NCBI GenBank assembly: GCA_037143135.1
Contig: JBAWZH010000001.1
Span: 9,553 to 73,552 of the forward strand
Direction: 5' to 3'
Origin: a bacterium
GTDB taxonomy: Bacteria > Verrucomicrobiota > Kiritimatiellia > CAIKKV01 > CAITUY01
DNA: 64,000 bases
Shown: positions 45,085-54,254 of the stretch, in pieces
How positions within the stretch are numbered: position 1 is the stretch's first letter
Layout: every line of letters begins with the position of its first letter
Notes under the pieces: generated by a model
What the model saw: the letters and a program-made list of their open reading frames with translations, nothing else
Told to the model about the DNA's origin: nothing
The model's database searches: none
Program-made: the position numbers and the translations under genes

Positions 45085-45420
45085 TCAGGCTATCTGGAGT
45101 TCAGCTTCGTCTTCTTGAATAATCACTGGCTCAAGATTCCTGGTATATTCTCTGGCTTCCACCTCGACATGGCATATGCCGCCATTCGCCCGCCATACGG
45201 CCTGCTCTATTCGCTTAATAATCCAACTTGCATCCTCAAACTCGTAGAGCGTGCCCATGGATGACGCGTGGAGCAATCTTCTGCGCCCGTATGCCGGCTT
45301 CATAAAGCCAAAGTCATACTTCTTAAAGCACCATTCCACCATACAGGCGGAGATGATGCTCTTTGTCCTGAGCGCGTTGTAGTTGCCAATCGTTACCCTC
45401 AATTCGCATAACCTCTCCAT
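45085..45420 (-). CDS. Hypothetical protein
   Basis: 111-aa ORF with GGAGACTGAA upstream on the minus strand. Confidence 0.45.
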   Translation of the reverse strand: MERLCELRVTIGNYNALRTKSIISACMVEWCFKKYDFGFMKPAYGRRRLLHASSMGTLYEFEDASWIIKRIEQAVWRANGGICHVEVEAREYTRNLEPVIIQEDEAELQIA

Positions 45421-45491
45421 TTCAGTCTCCTTCCGATAAAAAGGGCGGACCCTTTGTTGGTGAGCCCTCCCTCATGGTTTGCCGTCAATGT

Positions 45492-47036
45492 TTATGCCGC
45501 GGCTTCACTCGAAGCCTGGCTTGTCGTTTCCGGTGGAGTGGCCGCTATCACCTTCCGGCCTGTTCGCTCCTGTTCCTGCGTGGTCGCCGGTCTGGCCCTG
45601 CCTTTGGCCCATTTGCGCAGCGCCGATATCTGGTCGCCCATCAACTTGCTGAGGGGCACCAAATCGTTCAACACCATGCTGATGGTGAGATCTGACGGCT
45701 CCTTGCCCTGACTGAACGCCGTATAGAGTGCGTCAATAAACGCCTGCTCAATCTCTGCGCCGGTCAGTCCTTCCGTAGCTTTTGCCAATTGGGTGACATC
45801 AAACCGTTCCGGCTTGCGGCCATACTTGACGATTTGAATCCGCCAAATGGCTACCCGTTCCTCATAAGTAGGCAAATCCACAAAGATCGTCTCATCAAAA
45901 CGCCCCTTTCTGAGGAATTCCGGTGGCAGTTGCGTCACATCATTGGCTGTAGCCACGACGAATACCGGCGCTGACCGTTCCTGCATCCAGGAAAGAAATG
46001 TCCCGAATACCCGGCTGGCGGTCCCGCCATCAGATGCTCCTGAACTTTTGGATCCGCTGAAACCCTTCTCGATCTCGTCAATCCAAACTACGGCGGGCGC
46101 AATGGCCTCCGCCGTTTGAATGACTGACCGAAGATTGGATTCCGACTGGCCCACAAGCCCGCCGAACAACCGCCCGGCATCTAACTTGAGCAAAGGCCGC
46201 TGAAATACGCTCGCAGTAGCCTTTGCCGTTAGTGACTTGCCGGTTCCCGGAATGCCTATAATGAGCAACCCTTTTGGCGAGGGGAGCCCATACTCCCGTG
46301 CTTTCGGACCAAAGGCGTCCTTGCGTTGTACAAGCCACGCCTTGAGCAGATCCAGCCCGCCAATATCATCCAGTGAACGCGCAGTGGAGCAGACCTCCAA
46401 GAGCCCGTTCTTCTTCACCGCCTGCGACTTTTCCCGCGATACCACCGACGGGGAAAGCTCTCCGCTCTCAACCAGTGACAGTGCAAACGCATTCTCCGCC
46501 TCAATGGAGGTGAGCCCTGATGCTGAATCCAGCAACAGCTCCCGCCGGTCTTTCTTCGGCTTCGCTTTGCCTGCCGACTCAGCGATGTTGTCGAGTACGT
46601 CACCAAGTTCATCTTTTCCTGGTAGCGCAAACTCAACCATCACAAACTCCCGCTCCAGTTCTGGCGGCAAAATTGTCCGGCACCCGACAATAATCAGCGC
46701 CTTGCCCCTGGTCTTGGCAACCCTGAGCACGTCCTTCACCGTGCGAATCAACACCGGATTGCCGTTTTCCAGGAACTGGTGAAAGTCCCGGAGGAAAACA
46801 ACGGTATTTTCCGGCAGTTCCAGCACATGGAGCAGCATTTCCTGGGGATCCTGCCCCCCTTGACTGCTTCCATCTGATGTGTCCACCAATCCTTCCGTAA
46901 TGGACCAGGCATAAAGACCGTGGCCCAATTCCTTTGCCACCGTCTTGATCTCACCTTCAATCCGTGATTCCTCGCTCGATACTATATAAATTCCGGGGTA
47001 TCCCGCCCGGATGTAGTTCATAATTGCAGTTTTCAT
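45492..47036 (-). CDS. AAA+ ATPase (classic-clade, single module)
   Basis: [19 protein letters not shown] (Walker A), [12 protein letters not shown] (Walker B), and second-region-of-homology-like [25 protein letters not shown]. Confidence 0.8.
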   Translation of the reverse strand: MKTAIMNYIRAGYPGIYIVSSEESRIEGEIKTVAKELGHGLYAWSITEGLVDTSDGSSQGGQDPQEMLLHVLELPENTVVFLRDFHQFLENGNPVLIRTVKDVLRVAKTRGKALIIVGCRTILPPELEREFVMVEFALPGKDELGDVLDNIAESAGKAKPKKDRRELLLDSASGLTSIEAENAFALSLVESGELSPSVVSREKSQAVKKNGLLEVCSTARSLDDIGGLDLLKAWLVQRKDAFGPKAREYGLPSPKGLLIIGIPGTGKSLTAKATASVFQRPLLKLDAGRLFGGLVGQSESNLRSVIQTAEAIAPAVVWIDEIEKGFSGSKSSGASDGGTASRVFGTFLSWMQERSAPVFVVATANDVTQLPPEFLRKGRFDETIFVDLPTYEERVAIWRIQIVKYGRKPERFDVTQLAKATEGLTGAEIEQAFIDALYTAFSQGKEPSDLTISMVLNDLVPLSKLMGDQISALRKWAKGRARPATTQEQERTGRKVIAATPPETTSQASSEAAA

Positions 47037-47064
47037 TCCTATTCTTTTCCTTTCATGATTTCAG

Positions 47065-47388
47065 TTATTCAGCCCCACTGGCGGCTTTTGCCAATGTTTC
47101 GCGGATCAGTTTGAAATCCGTGTCCGCGTAGCGGTGCGGGATGTCATTGAGCCGCCTCTGTGCATGCTCAAGGGCATGTATAAGTTCACGAATCAAATCC
47201 GAGGCGCGATTCTTGGGAAGGTGTCGAGCTATGCCGTCCGACAGGTCAACCCTGACCATCTTCCCCCGGTATTGAACGTCAAACACCGTCGCGATGGACG
47301 CCGGATCCCGCTGAATGGCCAGCGCCTTGCGCGCCGCCTCCATGGGGGTCCTAGCATCTACATCTATTTCCCAACATACACGGATCAT
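47065..47388 (-). CDS. Hypothetical protein
   Basis: 107-aa ORF. Its start overlaps the upstream gene's stop. Confidence 0.45.
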   Translation of the reverse strand: MIRVCWEIDVDARTPMEAARKALAIQRDPASIATVFDVQYRGKMVRVDLSDGIARHLPKNRASDLIRELIHALEHAQRRLNDIPHRYADTDFKLIRETLAKAASGAE

Positions 47389-47612
47389 CGGTACACCTCC
47401 GGGGTTAAATCGTCATGCCAGCCTTCCAATGTAATCAGCGGGTGATAATCAATGGACTCAAGATCGAGGTCGTCGATCTTGGCCACTTCCGCCTGTGCCG
47501 CCAAAACAGCAGCCGAAACGGAATCCGCCTCCACTTGAGCCAGGTATGTGTCGGTCCCAAAACCATCAGCCACATAGTCTGGCCGTAACAAAAGCACTGT
47601 ATATTTCTTCAT
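47385..47612 (-). CDS. Hypothetical protein
   Basis: 75-aa ORF in the operon string. Confidence 0.4.
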   Translation of the reverse strand: MKKYTVLLLRPDYVADGFGTDTYLAQVEADSVSAAVLAAQAEVAKIDDLDLESIDYHPLITLEGWHDDLTPEVYR

Positions 47613-47625
47613 GTCTTGCCTCTCA

Positions 47626-47910
47626 TCATGTTGTTTGTCCTTTTATTGGATCGAACCACGGCACAATCTGCCCAATGGCTTCCGGATCGCTGTTGCTAAT
47701 GGTGAAATCCCCATAGAGGACGCCGTCGTAGTACAGCAGATCGCCGACGAACTTCAGAAAATGCCAATCCTCGTCAGCCAGTTTCACCCGGTAGGTAGAC
47801 AGATAGGTGACGTGAAGTCCTCCGATTGCCAATAGCGGCCCATCGGATCCCCAGTCATTCATCTGCTCCTCCGGATTCTTACGCCCGTGATACAGCTTGA
47901 TTGTCAGCAT
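47626..47910 (-). CDS. Hypothetical protein
   Basis: 94-aa ORF that overlaps the upstream gene by 7 nt. Confidence 0.4.
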   Translation of the reverse strand: MLTIKLYHGRKNPEEQMNDWGSDGPLLAIGGLHVTYLSTYRVKLADEDWHFLKFVGDLLYYDGVLYGDFTISNSDPEAIGQIVPWFDPIKGQTT

Positions 47911-48368
47911 GACAGCATTCCCTCCCCAGCGCTAAAGTCCCTTGTTTCCCAGTGGGTGCCACTATGCTTGCCGTACGCCCCCACATAAACTTCGGTATCG
48001 GTGATGGTGAGGTGCATACAGTCAACACGCGTCACACTGTCATCCTCGATGGCGAACAACCGTTCGGCCTCCTCATGCCCGATTCTGGTTGCTGTTCCGC
48101 CATCTAGCCCTTCCCGCAGTCCCTCGACGTCATCCACCCAATCCGGTAGATAATTGAGGAATTGTACGCGCGGACCGGGCCCGGTCTTTACCGAGTACCA
48201 CCGGCCGCCTGTGTCCATTATCTTTAATTGCCGCCGCACCATCTCAACTACGCACTCTTCAGCCTTCGTCCACTGAAAAACCAAATACCGTGTGTCCTCC
48301 ATGGAATTCCCTGTAGCTGGCGCCTCGGCGATGTAATAGCCTTCTTTCAATTTATTTTTCATGCTCAT
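47904..48368 (-). CDS. Hypothetical protein
   Basis: 154-aa ORF. Confidence 0.45.
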   Translation of the reverse strand: MSMKNKLKEGYYIAEAPATGNSMEDTRYLVFQWTKAEECVVEMVRRQLKIMDTGGRWYSVKTGPGPRVQFLNYLPDWVDDVEGLREGLDGGTATRIGHEEAERLFAIEDDSVTRVDCMHLTITDTEVYVGAYGKHSGTHWETRDFSAGEGMLSC

Positions 48369-48418
48369 GATTCCTTCCCGGAAACCCGGCCTTGTTTGAG
48401 GCCTGGCTCCATTACTTG

Positions 48419-48703
48419 TTATGCTGCTTTCTCCTTCATGAGCCCTGCTAGTGCATCTGCGACCCTTTGCAGGTCATCAGCCGCTGTCTGCATGGCTTTC
48501 ACCGCATTGGTGATTTGTTCCGTATCGGAAGCGTTGACGTCATAGATGTCGTGAATCTCCTGGGCAATGAACTGGGCCAGGGTGTCGCCACCCATCCTGT
48601 TCTCCCGGGGTTCCGACGCTTCCTTGTCCCAATACTCCAGGATGAAGGCTTCGGGATAAACCGATGCCGCGCTGGAGATCAGTTGATTCAATGTCATTCT
48701 CAC
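48419..48703 (-). CDS. Hypothetical protein
   Basis: 94-aa ORF. Confidence 0.4.
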   Translation of the reverse strand: MRMTLNQLISSAASVYPEAFILEYWDKEASEPRENRMGGDTLAQFIAQEIHDIYDVNASDTEQITNAVKAMQTAADDLQRVADALAGLMKEKAA

Positions 48704-48769
48704 TCCTTAATAGAAAGGCCCGCTCGACCAAAATAGGCAAAGCGGGCTGGTTGTTTTGATGTTTGTTAA

Positions 48770-49483
48770 CTATGCCGCGAAACCGGGTAGCTCCTGTTGC
48801 CCGTTACGGATCACCACATCAGGAACGGCGTCCGGGATCACATCGGGAATGGCCTCTTGGCTTGTCGCGGAAACTTGCCCCGCCAACAGCCCGGCCATCC
48901 TGCCGAAATAATCCAGTCCATTCATCCTGAGTTGAATCCGGCACATGTTCACGCACCGGATATCCATGTCGGTTCCGTAGAGCCTGAGCTTGCCGGTCCC
49001 CCAGCGTCCCAACGCCTGATGTACAACTTTGGCGAAGGATAGGAGCATGACTCCCGACCCGACCGCCGGATCACACACCGTGACAACGCCTTTCTCTTCA
49101 ACCAGTTGCTTGAATGTTTCCTGGTCAAATTGCATGCGCGCCATCATTTCGGCGATTGGCTCTGGAGTGAAGAACTGTCCGGAACGCACTGAGTTGACGT
49201 CCAGCCGCATGAAGAGTTCCCCCAGGATATCCCGGAATGGATCTTGTTCAACGGCGTCAACGTACAATCCCAGCAACCGGCTAAATTCTGCACCCTCGGC
49301 CCCGCTATACCGATCCAGGCACTGCTTGAACCCAGCAGGATCCTTCACGGCATCGAGAAATGCCCACATGGCTTCGAGCCAATTCCGGTAAAGGTCATAC
49401 GAATGCATATGACCAAACACAGGATTATTTTCAAAGCTACGGGCAAGCTCCTCGAACGCCGATCGCGTTACTGCGCTACCCAT
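48770..49483 (-). CDS. N6-DNA-methyltransferase-like SAM-binding protein lacking catalytic motif IV
   Basis: SGQFFTPEPIAEMMARM (motif X), VCDPAVGSGVMLLSF (motif I), LYGTDMD (motif II/III). No (D/N)PP(Y/F) follows before the stop. Confidence 0.55.
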   Translation of the reverse strand: MGSAVTRSAFEELARSFENNPVFGHMHSYDLYRNWLEAMWAFLDAVKDPAGFKQCLDRYSGAEGAEFSRLLGLYVDAVEQDPFRDILGELFMRLDVNSVRSGQFFTPEPIAEMMARMQFDQETFKQLVEEKGVVTVCDPAVGSGVMLLSFAKVVHQALGRWGTGKLRLYGTDMDIRCVNMCRIQLRMNGLDYFGRMAGLLAGQVSATSQEAIPDVIPDAVPDVVIRNGQQELPGFAA

Positions 49484-49531
49484 TCTTTTCCCGCCTTTCC
49501 AGCTTTACGCGATTGCATCGATAATCTGATG

Positions 49532-49786
49532 TCATGCATGTTTCATGTCCTCCTTTCGCTCCAGGTACCGGCGTTCCCAGTCTAGGCATTCCTGACGGGA
49601 AGGCGCAGTGAAGAGGGGTTGCCCCTTCATGTCCTTGACCCGCCATGACTGCTTGACGTTATCGAACTCGATGCGGGTCGCCCGGCTGATCTTGAGTCGG
49701 CCCAGGCAGGCGAGATCAATGACCTCGCTATAGGTGCCCCGAATCATGCCTTTGGGTGTGAAGATGAGTGAAGCCACCGCATTCAT
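49532..49786 (-). CDS. Hypothetical protein
   Basis: 84-aa ORF with a 4-nt overlap to the upstream gene. Confidence 0.4.
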   Translation of the reverse strand: MNAVASLIFTPKGMIRGTYSEVIDLACLGRLKISRATRIEFDNVKQSWRVKDMKGQPLFTAPSRQECLDWERRYLERKEDMKHA

Positions 49787-49980
49787 TGTCCCACCTTCTG
49801 TTCCTGGCGTTGTGTGTTGCGGATGAAGTAGTCCGCCTTCTTGGTTTTCCGGCCTGTCACCCCCAGCGCTTTCTCCAGAAAGGCTGTTGCCTTTTCACAG
49901 TCCGCGCCCTGAAACCCCATGGCCTCAATGCGAATGGTGCCGTCCGGCGCCACCACCACTTCAATGGTTTTCTGTGTCAT
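49783..49980 (-). CDS. DUF2997-like small protein
   Basis: MTQKTIEVVVAPDGTIRIEAMGFQGADCEKATAFLEKALG resembles DUF2997. The internal ATG at 49980 overlaps the upstream stop (ATGA). The ORF-track start 50151 would overlap the neighbouring gene by 175 nt. Confidence 0.5.
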   Translation of the reverse strand: MTQKTIEVVVAPDGTIRIEAMGFQGADCEKATAFLEKALGVTGRKTKKADYFIRNTQRQEQKVGQ

Positions 49981-50363
49981 TGGCGGGGCCCTCCTGAAAG
50001 AAGCACTTTGATGCTTCCATTCTTGAGACCTTGCCGCGTGACCATGTAGCCTTTGCGGGTGGCTTCCATGGCGGTTTTCCACACGCCATAAAGCTGGAGC
50101 AGTTTTCCGTAGTTTGCTCCGACTTCCTTTTCCACATGGCCGTCCCACCAATCGGTGGTAAGACCATAGGTGCCGTCGGGCTGCCGGTTGACGGCAATGT
50201 CATAGGGCCCTTTGAGCACAATAATGTGCTCACCAATATGGCGGTTGGCGCCATACCCCCTTGCTTCGATTCCCTGCCTGAGTGAAAGGCCTATCTCCTC
50301 ACAGGCCTTGCGTAGCGCCTCAATGTCCTTGATTTGTGTCGTTATCGTTGTGAAATGACTCAC
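49977..50363 (-). CDS. DUF1257-like protein
   Basis: VSHFTTITTQIKDIEALRKACEEIGL resembles the DUF1257 N-terminus. GTG 50363 has AAAGGAGAA 7 nt upstream; the ORF-track start is 50447. Confidence 0.55.
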   Translation of the reverse strand: MSHFTTITTQIKDIEALRKACEEIGLSLRQGIEARGYGANRHIGEHIIVLKGPYDIAVNRQPDGTYGLTTDWWDGHVEKEVGANYGKLLQLYGVWKTAMEATRKGYMVTRQGLKNGSIKVLLSGGPRQ

Positions 50364-50443
50364 TTTGGTTCTCCTTTTATTAATGAAAAAGCCCACGCCC
50401 CGGTAAAGGGCAGTGGGCCTTATTGTTTGCTGTAGGTATTGGA

Positions 50444-51517
50444 TCAACCGGCTTTCATCATGGGCGCTTCATCCTGGCGTTCCACGAAACCGGGTTCTGC
50501 CAGAGGGGCGGTCGCGATATGGAGCTTTCTGTGGCCCAACTGGCCAAACTGCTCCACAAGTTGACGGTTATCCTGCCGGGTCATCTCCCGCGCTGTATCC
50601 GCCAGTGACTGCAACCCCGTCTGGAGTTTGCCCCGGTAGAACGCGCTGTCCCGGTATTGTTCAGCCGGCCGGGTCAGGAATTCCTGCCTCACCCGGTTCA
50701 ACTGTGCCTCAAGCTCAACGTCGCCGACAAAGTTCAAAGATTTGAACTCATCAATGAACTTCACCAGCCGGTTGAGCGTTTTCTGGTGTACCCCGGTCTT
50801 TCCGGACTTCATGCTATCCAGCATTTCCTCGCAGAGTTTTGCTGTCTGCTCCCGCAGGGATGCCACACAATCCGAGACAAAGCCCTCCACACCCTTGTGG
50901 ATTTGTTCGGCTGCCTCCCGGACCGCCTGGTCCCTGGCATTGATGATATCCTGCTGTTCCCCAAGGCTGATCTGATCCATCGTGAACCCATCCGGCACAC
51001 TGATCTGGAAGAGTTGGGTCGTGAACCCAAAGGACCGCTCCATCCTTTCCGGTGTGGGGAAGGCTTCCTCGATCTTTTCGACCAATCTTTCCGGGTTGCC
51101 GCCGAGTCGCCCTGCGGCTTCCCGCCATTCGGCAAGACCCAGTGCGCGCATTTCGGCGTACCGGCCCAGGAAAACATCCTTTTCAGCCATGAATTCCTGT
51201 TCCAGTTTCGCTAGCTTGCCCATGGTTTCCTCCAGCCGGGTATTGGGCAGAAAATGCCCGAGTCCGTTAAGGAATGGAAACGTACACGTATCCACCAGCG
51301 CATGGGTTCGGCTCTCAATCAGGGCAAAGGCCTGCAATGATCCCCGTGGAATCAGGTTCTTATGCCCCAGGCTGAAAAGCCGCTTTTCCACGCTCTCCGG
51401 ATCCAGACCCAGATCCTCAGCGGTCAGTTTCTTGGTAGCCCGCCAGTAGCGAACCGATACATTCAAAAGCACGCCTTTGCGGGTGAGTACGTCCAATATA
51501 TGATTATTATCCTGCAT
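50444..51517 (-). CDS. Conserved mobile-element protein, possibly DUF3150-like
   Basis: 357-aa ORF. The N-terminus LLNVSVRYWRATKKLTAEDLGLD is reminiscent of DUF3150. The family name is recalled from memory and not verified. Confidence 0.45.
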   Translation of the reverse strand: MQDNNHILDVLTRKGVLLNVSVRYWRATKKLTAEDLGLDPESVEKRLFSLGHKNLIPRGSLQAFALIESRTHALVDTCTFPFLNGLGHFLPNTRLEETMGKLAKLEQEFMAEKDVFLGRYAEMRALGLAEWREAAGRLGGNPERLVEKIEEAFPTPERMERSFGFTTQLFQISVPDGFTMDQISLGEQQDIINARDQAVREAAEQIHKGVEGFVSDCVASLREQTAKLCEEMLDSMKSGKTGVHQKTLNRLVKFIDEFKSLNFVGDVELEAQLNRVRQEFLTRPAEQYRDSAFYRGKLQTGLQSLADTAREMTRQDNRQLVEQFGQLGHRKLHIATAPLAEPGFVERQDEAPMMKAG

Positions 51518-51568
51518 TGTTATTCTCCTGTTTTGTGTTGTTTTCTTATCCTGCCAGCTTGTCCGCCA

Positions 51569-52243
51569 TCAGGGCGTCAGTCGGCATTTTGTTTTCATAC
51601 TGTTCGATTTCATCTCTGCCGGGGTCGCCATCCTGAGCCTTACGGTTCGAGCCAAGGCAACACCCATAACACTCCGGGCACCTGCTTCACGCAGAACCCT
51701 CGCGCATTCCCGCATTGTGGCCCCAGAGGTCAGCACATCATCCACCAGGATGACATGACACCCTTCCACCGCTAACTTGTCGGATACTGCGTAAAGACCG
51801 GTCACATTGGCCTTTCGTTCCTTCATACCCGCACACTGATGCTGTTTCTTGCCCTTGGGGCGCAATTGCACGAGCAGTGTGTCCAAGTGAACGTTCACCC
51901 GGCGGCCCAGATGCCGATAGATGCTTTCTGCCAACATTTCCGGAGCGCCGTGTCCATAAGCGTTGAACAGGTATTGCACCGGTTCAGGCTCAGCGGGCAC
52001 ATGCGTAACCACATAGGACACATCATTCCCAAGCCAGCGCTCCAGCCGTTCTGCAATCATGACCCCAAATTGGTCTATGATCTCAGTGGCCCGCCGCTTG
52101 GCCAGGATGACAGCCCTGCTCCAATCAGAATGTTGGTGTTCAACAGCCTGATGGCGGGGGTAATACACACCAAAAGCATGTATCCAACCTGAATCCACTA
52201 TCTCTCTTGGAACTAAATGCAGAAAACCAAACCGGTTTTCCAT
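51569..52243 (-). CDS. ComF-like phosphoribosyltransferase-domain protein
   Basis: PRPP-binding loop HVILVDDVLTSGATMRECARVL. Confidence 0.7.
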   Translation of the reverse strand: MENRFGFLHLVPREIVDSGWIHAFGVYYPRHQAVEHQHSDWSRAVILAKRRATEIIDQFGVMIAERLERWLGNDVSYVVTHVPAEPEPVQYLFNAYGHGAPEMLAESIYRHLGRRVNVHLDTLLVQLRPKGKKQHQCAGMKERKANVTGLYAVSDKLAVEGCHVILVDDVLTSGATMRECARVLREAGARSVMGVALARTVRLRMATPAEMKSNSMKTKCRLTP

Positions 52244-52421
52244 ATAACCTTCCTTTCAATGAAAAAAGCGGCCCTGTCATGGGGACCGCCCGTTACTGTC
52301 TGATCCACCGACCCCTCTACAACAGAATCCTGCCACCAGGGCAGAGCTCCGCCATAAAAGGGTGTCGGTGGGTTATTATTCTTCAATCAACCGCATTGCA
52401 CGGTTGCGATTCATGCGCGGT

Positions 52422-52904
52422 TCAGTCGAACTCGCATAGGCCTGATTCACGCATGGACAGAAATTCCCGGCTGACGGTCGCCATGTTGTCGCCGTGCTTT
52501 CGCCCGACGATGACATGATCCAGCACCTTGATGCCGAGAATCTGACCACCCTGAATCATCTGTTTGGTCAACTTGACGTCTTCCGCGCTCGGGGAGGGAT
52601 CGCCGGAGGGATGGTTGTGCACGAGTATGACGGCCGACGCGCTTTCGCTGATCGCCCGCCGAAACACCTCTCGCGCATGAACGAGGCAGGAATCCACCAC
52701 GCCCATGCCAATCATCCGTTTGTCCAATAACCGGTTCCTTGTGTTCAAGGCCAGTACCACAAAGGTCTCCTGGCCCAGATCACGCATTTCCCGGCATTCT
52801 ACCCAGGTATCTTCCGGGGTGCGGATCATGGTGGTTCCGTCCCTCGCCAAAGGCAACTCGCACATGAACGAGATTGCCCGGTATTCAGGTTTTTTCATCA
52901 CCAC
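52422..52904 (-). CDS. radC: RadC-like JAB/MPN-domain protein
   Basis: JAMM motif AVILVHNHPSGDPSPSAEDVKLT. Confidence 0.8.
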   Translation of the reverse strand: MVMKKPEYRAISFMCELPLARDGTTMIRTPEDTWVECREMRDLGQETFVVLALNTRNRLLDKRMIGMGVVDSCLVHAREVFRRAISESASAVILVHNHPSGDPSPSAEDVKLTKQMIQGGQILGIKVLDHVIVGRKHGDNMATVSREFLSMRESGLCEFD

Positions 52905-53269
52905 TCCGATCCGTTTCCATCACCTGAAGCTTCAACAATTCCCTGTAACTCCAGCACTTCAAGGCTGCGTTCATCCACAATAACCTCTGTGCTGTACTTG
53001 GTCTGCCCATCCTTGGTCTCGAACTTGGACGTGTTAACCCGGCCTTCCAGCCCGATCAACACACCTTTCGGATCCCCGGTCAGCAGGCTGATGGCGAGTT
53101 CGGACGGACTGAACACCACGCAAGGCACAAAGGCCTTGTGAGGCTTTTTGTCCTTTCCCCCATGACCATTCTTTGTGGCCAGCGTAAACCTGAGAACCTT
53201 CTTCTCATTACCATTCAATGTGCCGCTGCGCGGCAGGGTTCCAACTCCTATGAACTTATTCATGATCAT
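52898..53269 (-). CDS. ssb: Single-stranded DNA-binding protein (OB fold)
   Basis: MNKFIGVGTLPRSGTLNGNEKKVLRFTLA ... FVPCVVFS ... LIGLEGRVNTSKFETKDGQTKYSTEVIV follows the SSB OB-fold pattern. Confidence 0.7.
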   Translation of the reverse strand: MIMNKFIGVGTLPRSGTLNGNEKKVLRFTLATKNGHGGKDKKPHKAFVPCVVFSPSELAISLLTGDPKGVLIGLEGRVNTSKFETKDGQTKYSTEVIVDERSLEVLELQGIVEASGDGNGSEW

Positions 53270-53723
53270 TTCCTTTCAGTTCGGTTGATTGTCATTATTT
53301 TCAATTACAGACATGCTTTCCTCATAAACACCTTCTTCCGCGTTAGCGGAACATCATGGAATAGCCTCCTTTCAATTGATTTCCTCGTAGAGGACACTGG
53401 AGCTACCGCTCCTGTGATTATTGCCGTTTCCAGAAATATGGACGCCCGAATCCGGCTTGATTCAGTCGCATCACGCAGACACTTGCCCGCGATTTCAATA
53501 ACGAACGAATTTCTCCGCTCATGAACTATTGGTTCAACAGGAGAAGGTGAATAGAGTTTATAAATCTTGCCCTGGCAGATGGCGGAAGTTGTGCAAAGGC
53601 GTTACTACTTCACAAAGGCAAAAGCTTTAAATAGATTCGTGCGTTTATAGTGGGGTATCAGTTTGCCCGGAAGGGCCCCTTCTTTACGTACCAATACGTG
53701 TACTTATATGTAGGTAAGACTGA

Positions 53724-53975
53724 TTGCTCTGGAATATGCGGAATACCTCACCCGAAAAAATCATCATGGTTGGCTCATGTAGAGTCTCTATATTTCGGAA
53801 TCTCGTCTGGATAGATGGAAAAGAAATCGAGATCCCAAAACTGGTTCTGGAAGTACGGTACAAGGACAAGCAGGGCCGCTGGTGCGGGACGCCGGCCATC
53901 AGTTTAAGAGAATTGCCCAAAGCCATTCTGGCTTTACAACAGGCTTTTGAATATCTGACTTCTAATGAGAAATGA
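53724..53975 (+). CDS. Small hypothetical protein, possibly PC4/YdbC-like
   Basis: RVSIFRNLVWIDGKEI ... YKDKQGRWCGTPAISLRELPKAILALQQAFEYL loosely resembles PC4-like ssDNA-binding folds. Weak. Confidence 0.3.
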   Translation: MLWNMRNTSPEKIIMVGSCRVSIFRNLVWIDGKEIEIPKLVLEVRYKDKQGRWCGTPAISLRELPKAILALQQAFEYLTSNEK

Positions 53976-53979
53976 GTAC

Positions 53980-54234
53980 TTACCGTGCCGCCGCGATTCT
54001 TCGGTCGATTTCAGATCCGAGGGCATCGGATAATACCACTGCAATGAATGCCAGCAGGACAATCATGAAACCCATTTCCATAGCAATTAAGAGGGTCATC
54101 GTTCCCGCAAAGAACATGATGCCAAAACTGACTGCGATGAGGGCAAGAAAGGATAAAAGGCGTCCGCAGATATAGATGACGACGCTACGGATTGAGTTAT
54201 TTCTGTTTCTCATATTTGACCCTCCACATGTCAA
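53980..54234 (-). CDS. Small two-TM membrane protein
   Basis: 84-aa ORF with two hydrophobic helices (VVIYICGRLLSFLALIAVSFGIMFF, LLIAMEMGFMIVLLAFIAVVL). Confidence 0.35.
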   Translation of the reverse strand: MTCGGSNMRNRNNSIRSVVIYICGRLLSFLALIAVSFGIMFFAGTMTLLIAMEMGFMIVLLAFIAVVLSDALGSEIDRRIAAAR

Positions 54235-54254
54235 TAATGGGGCGTATCAACTAT

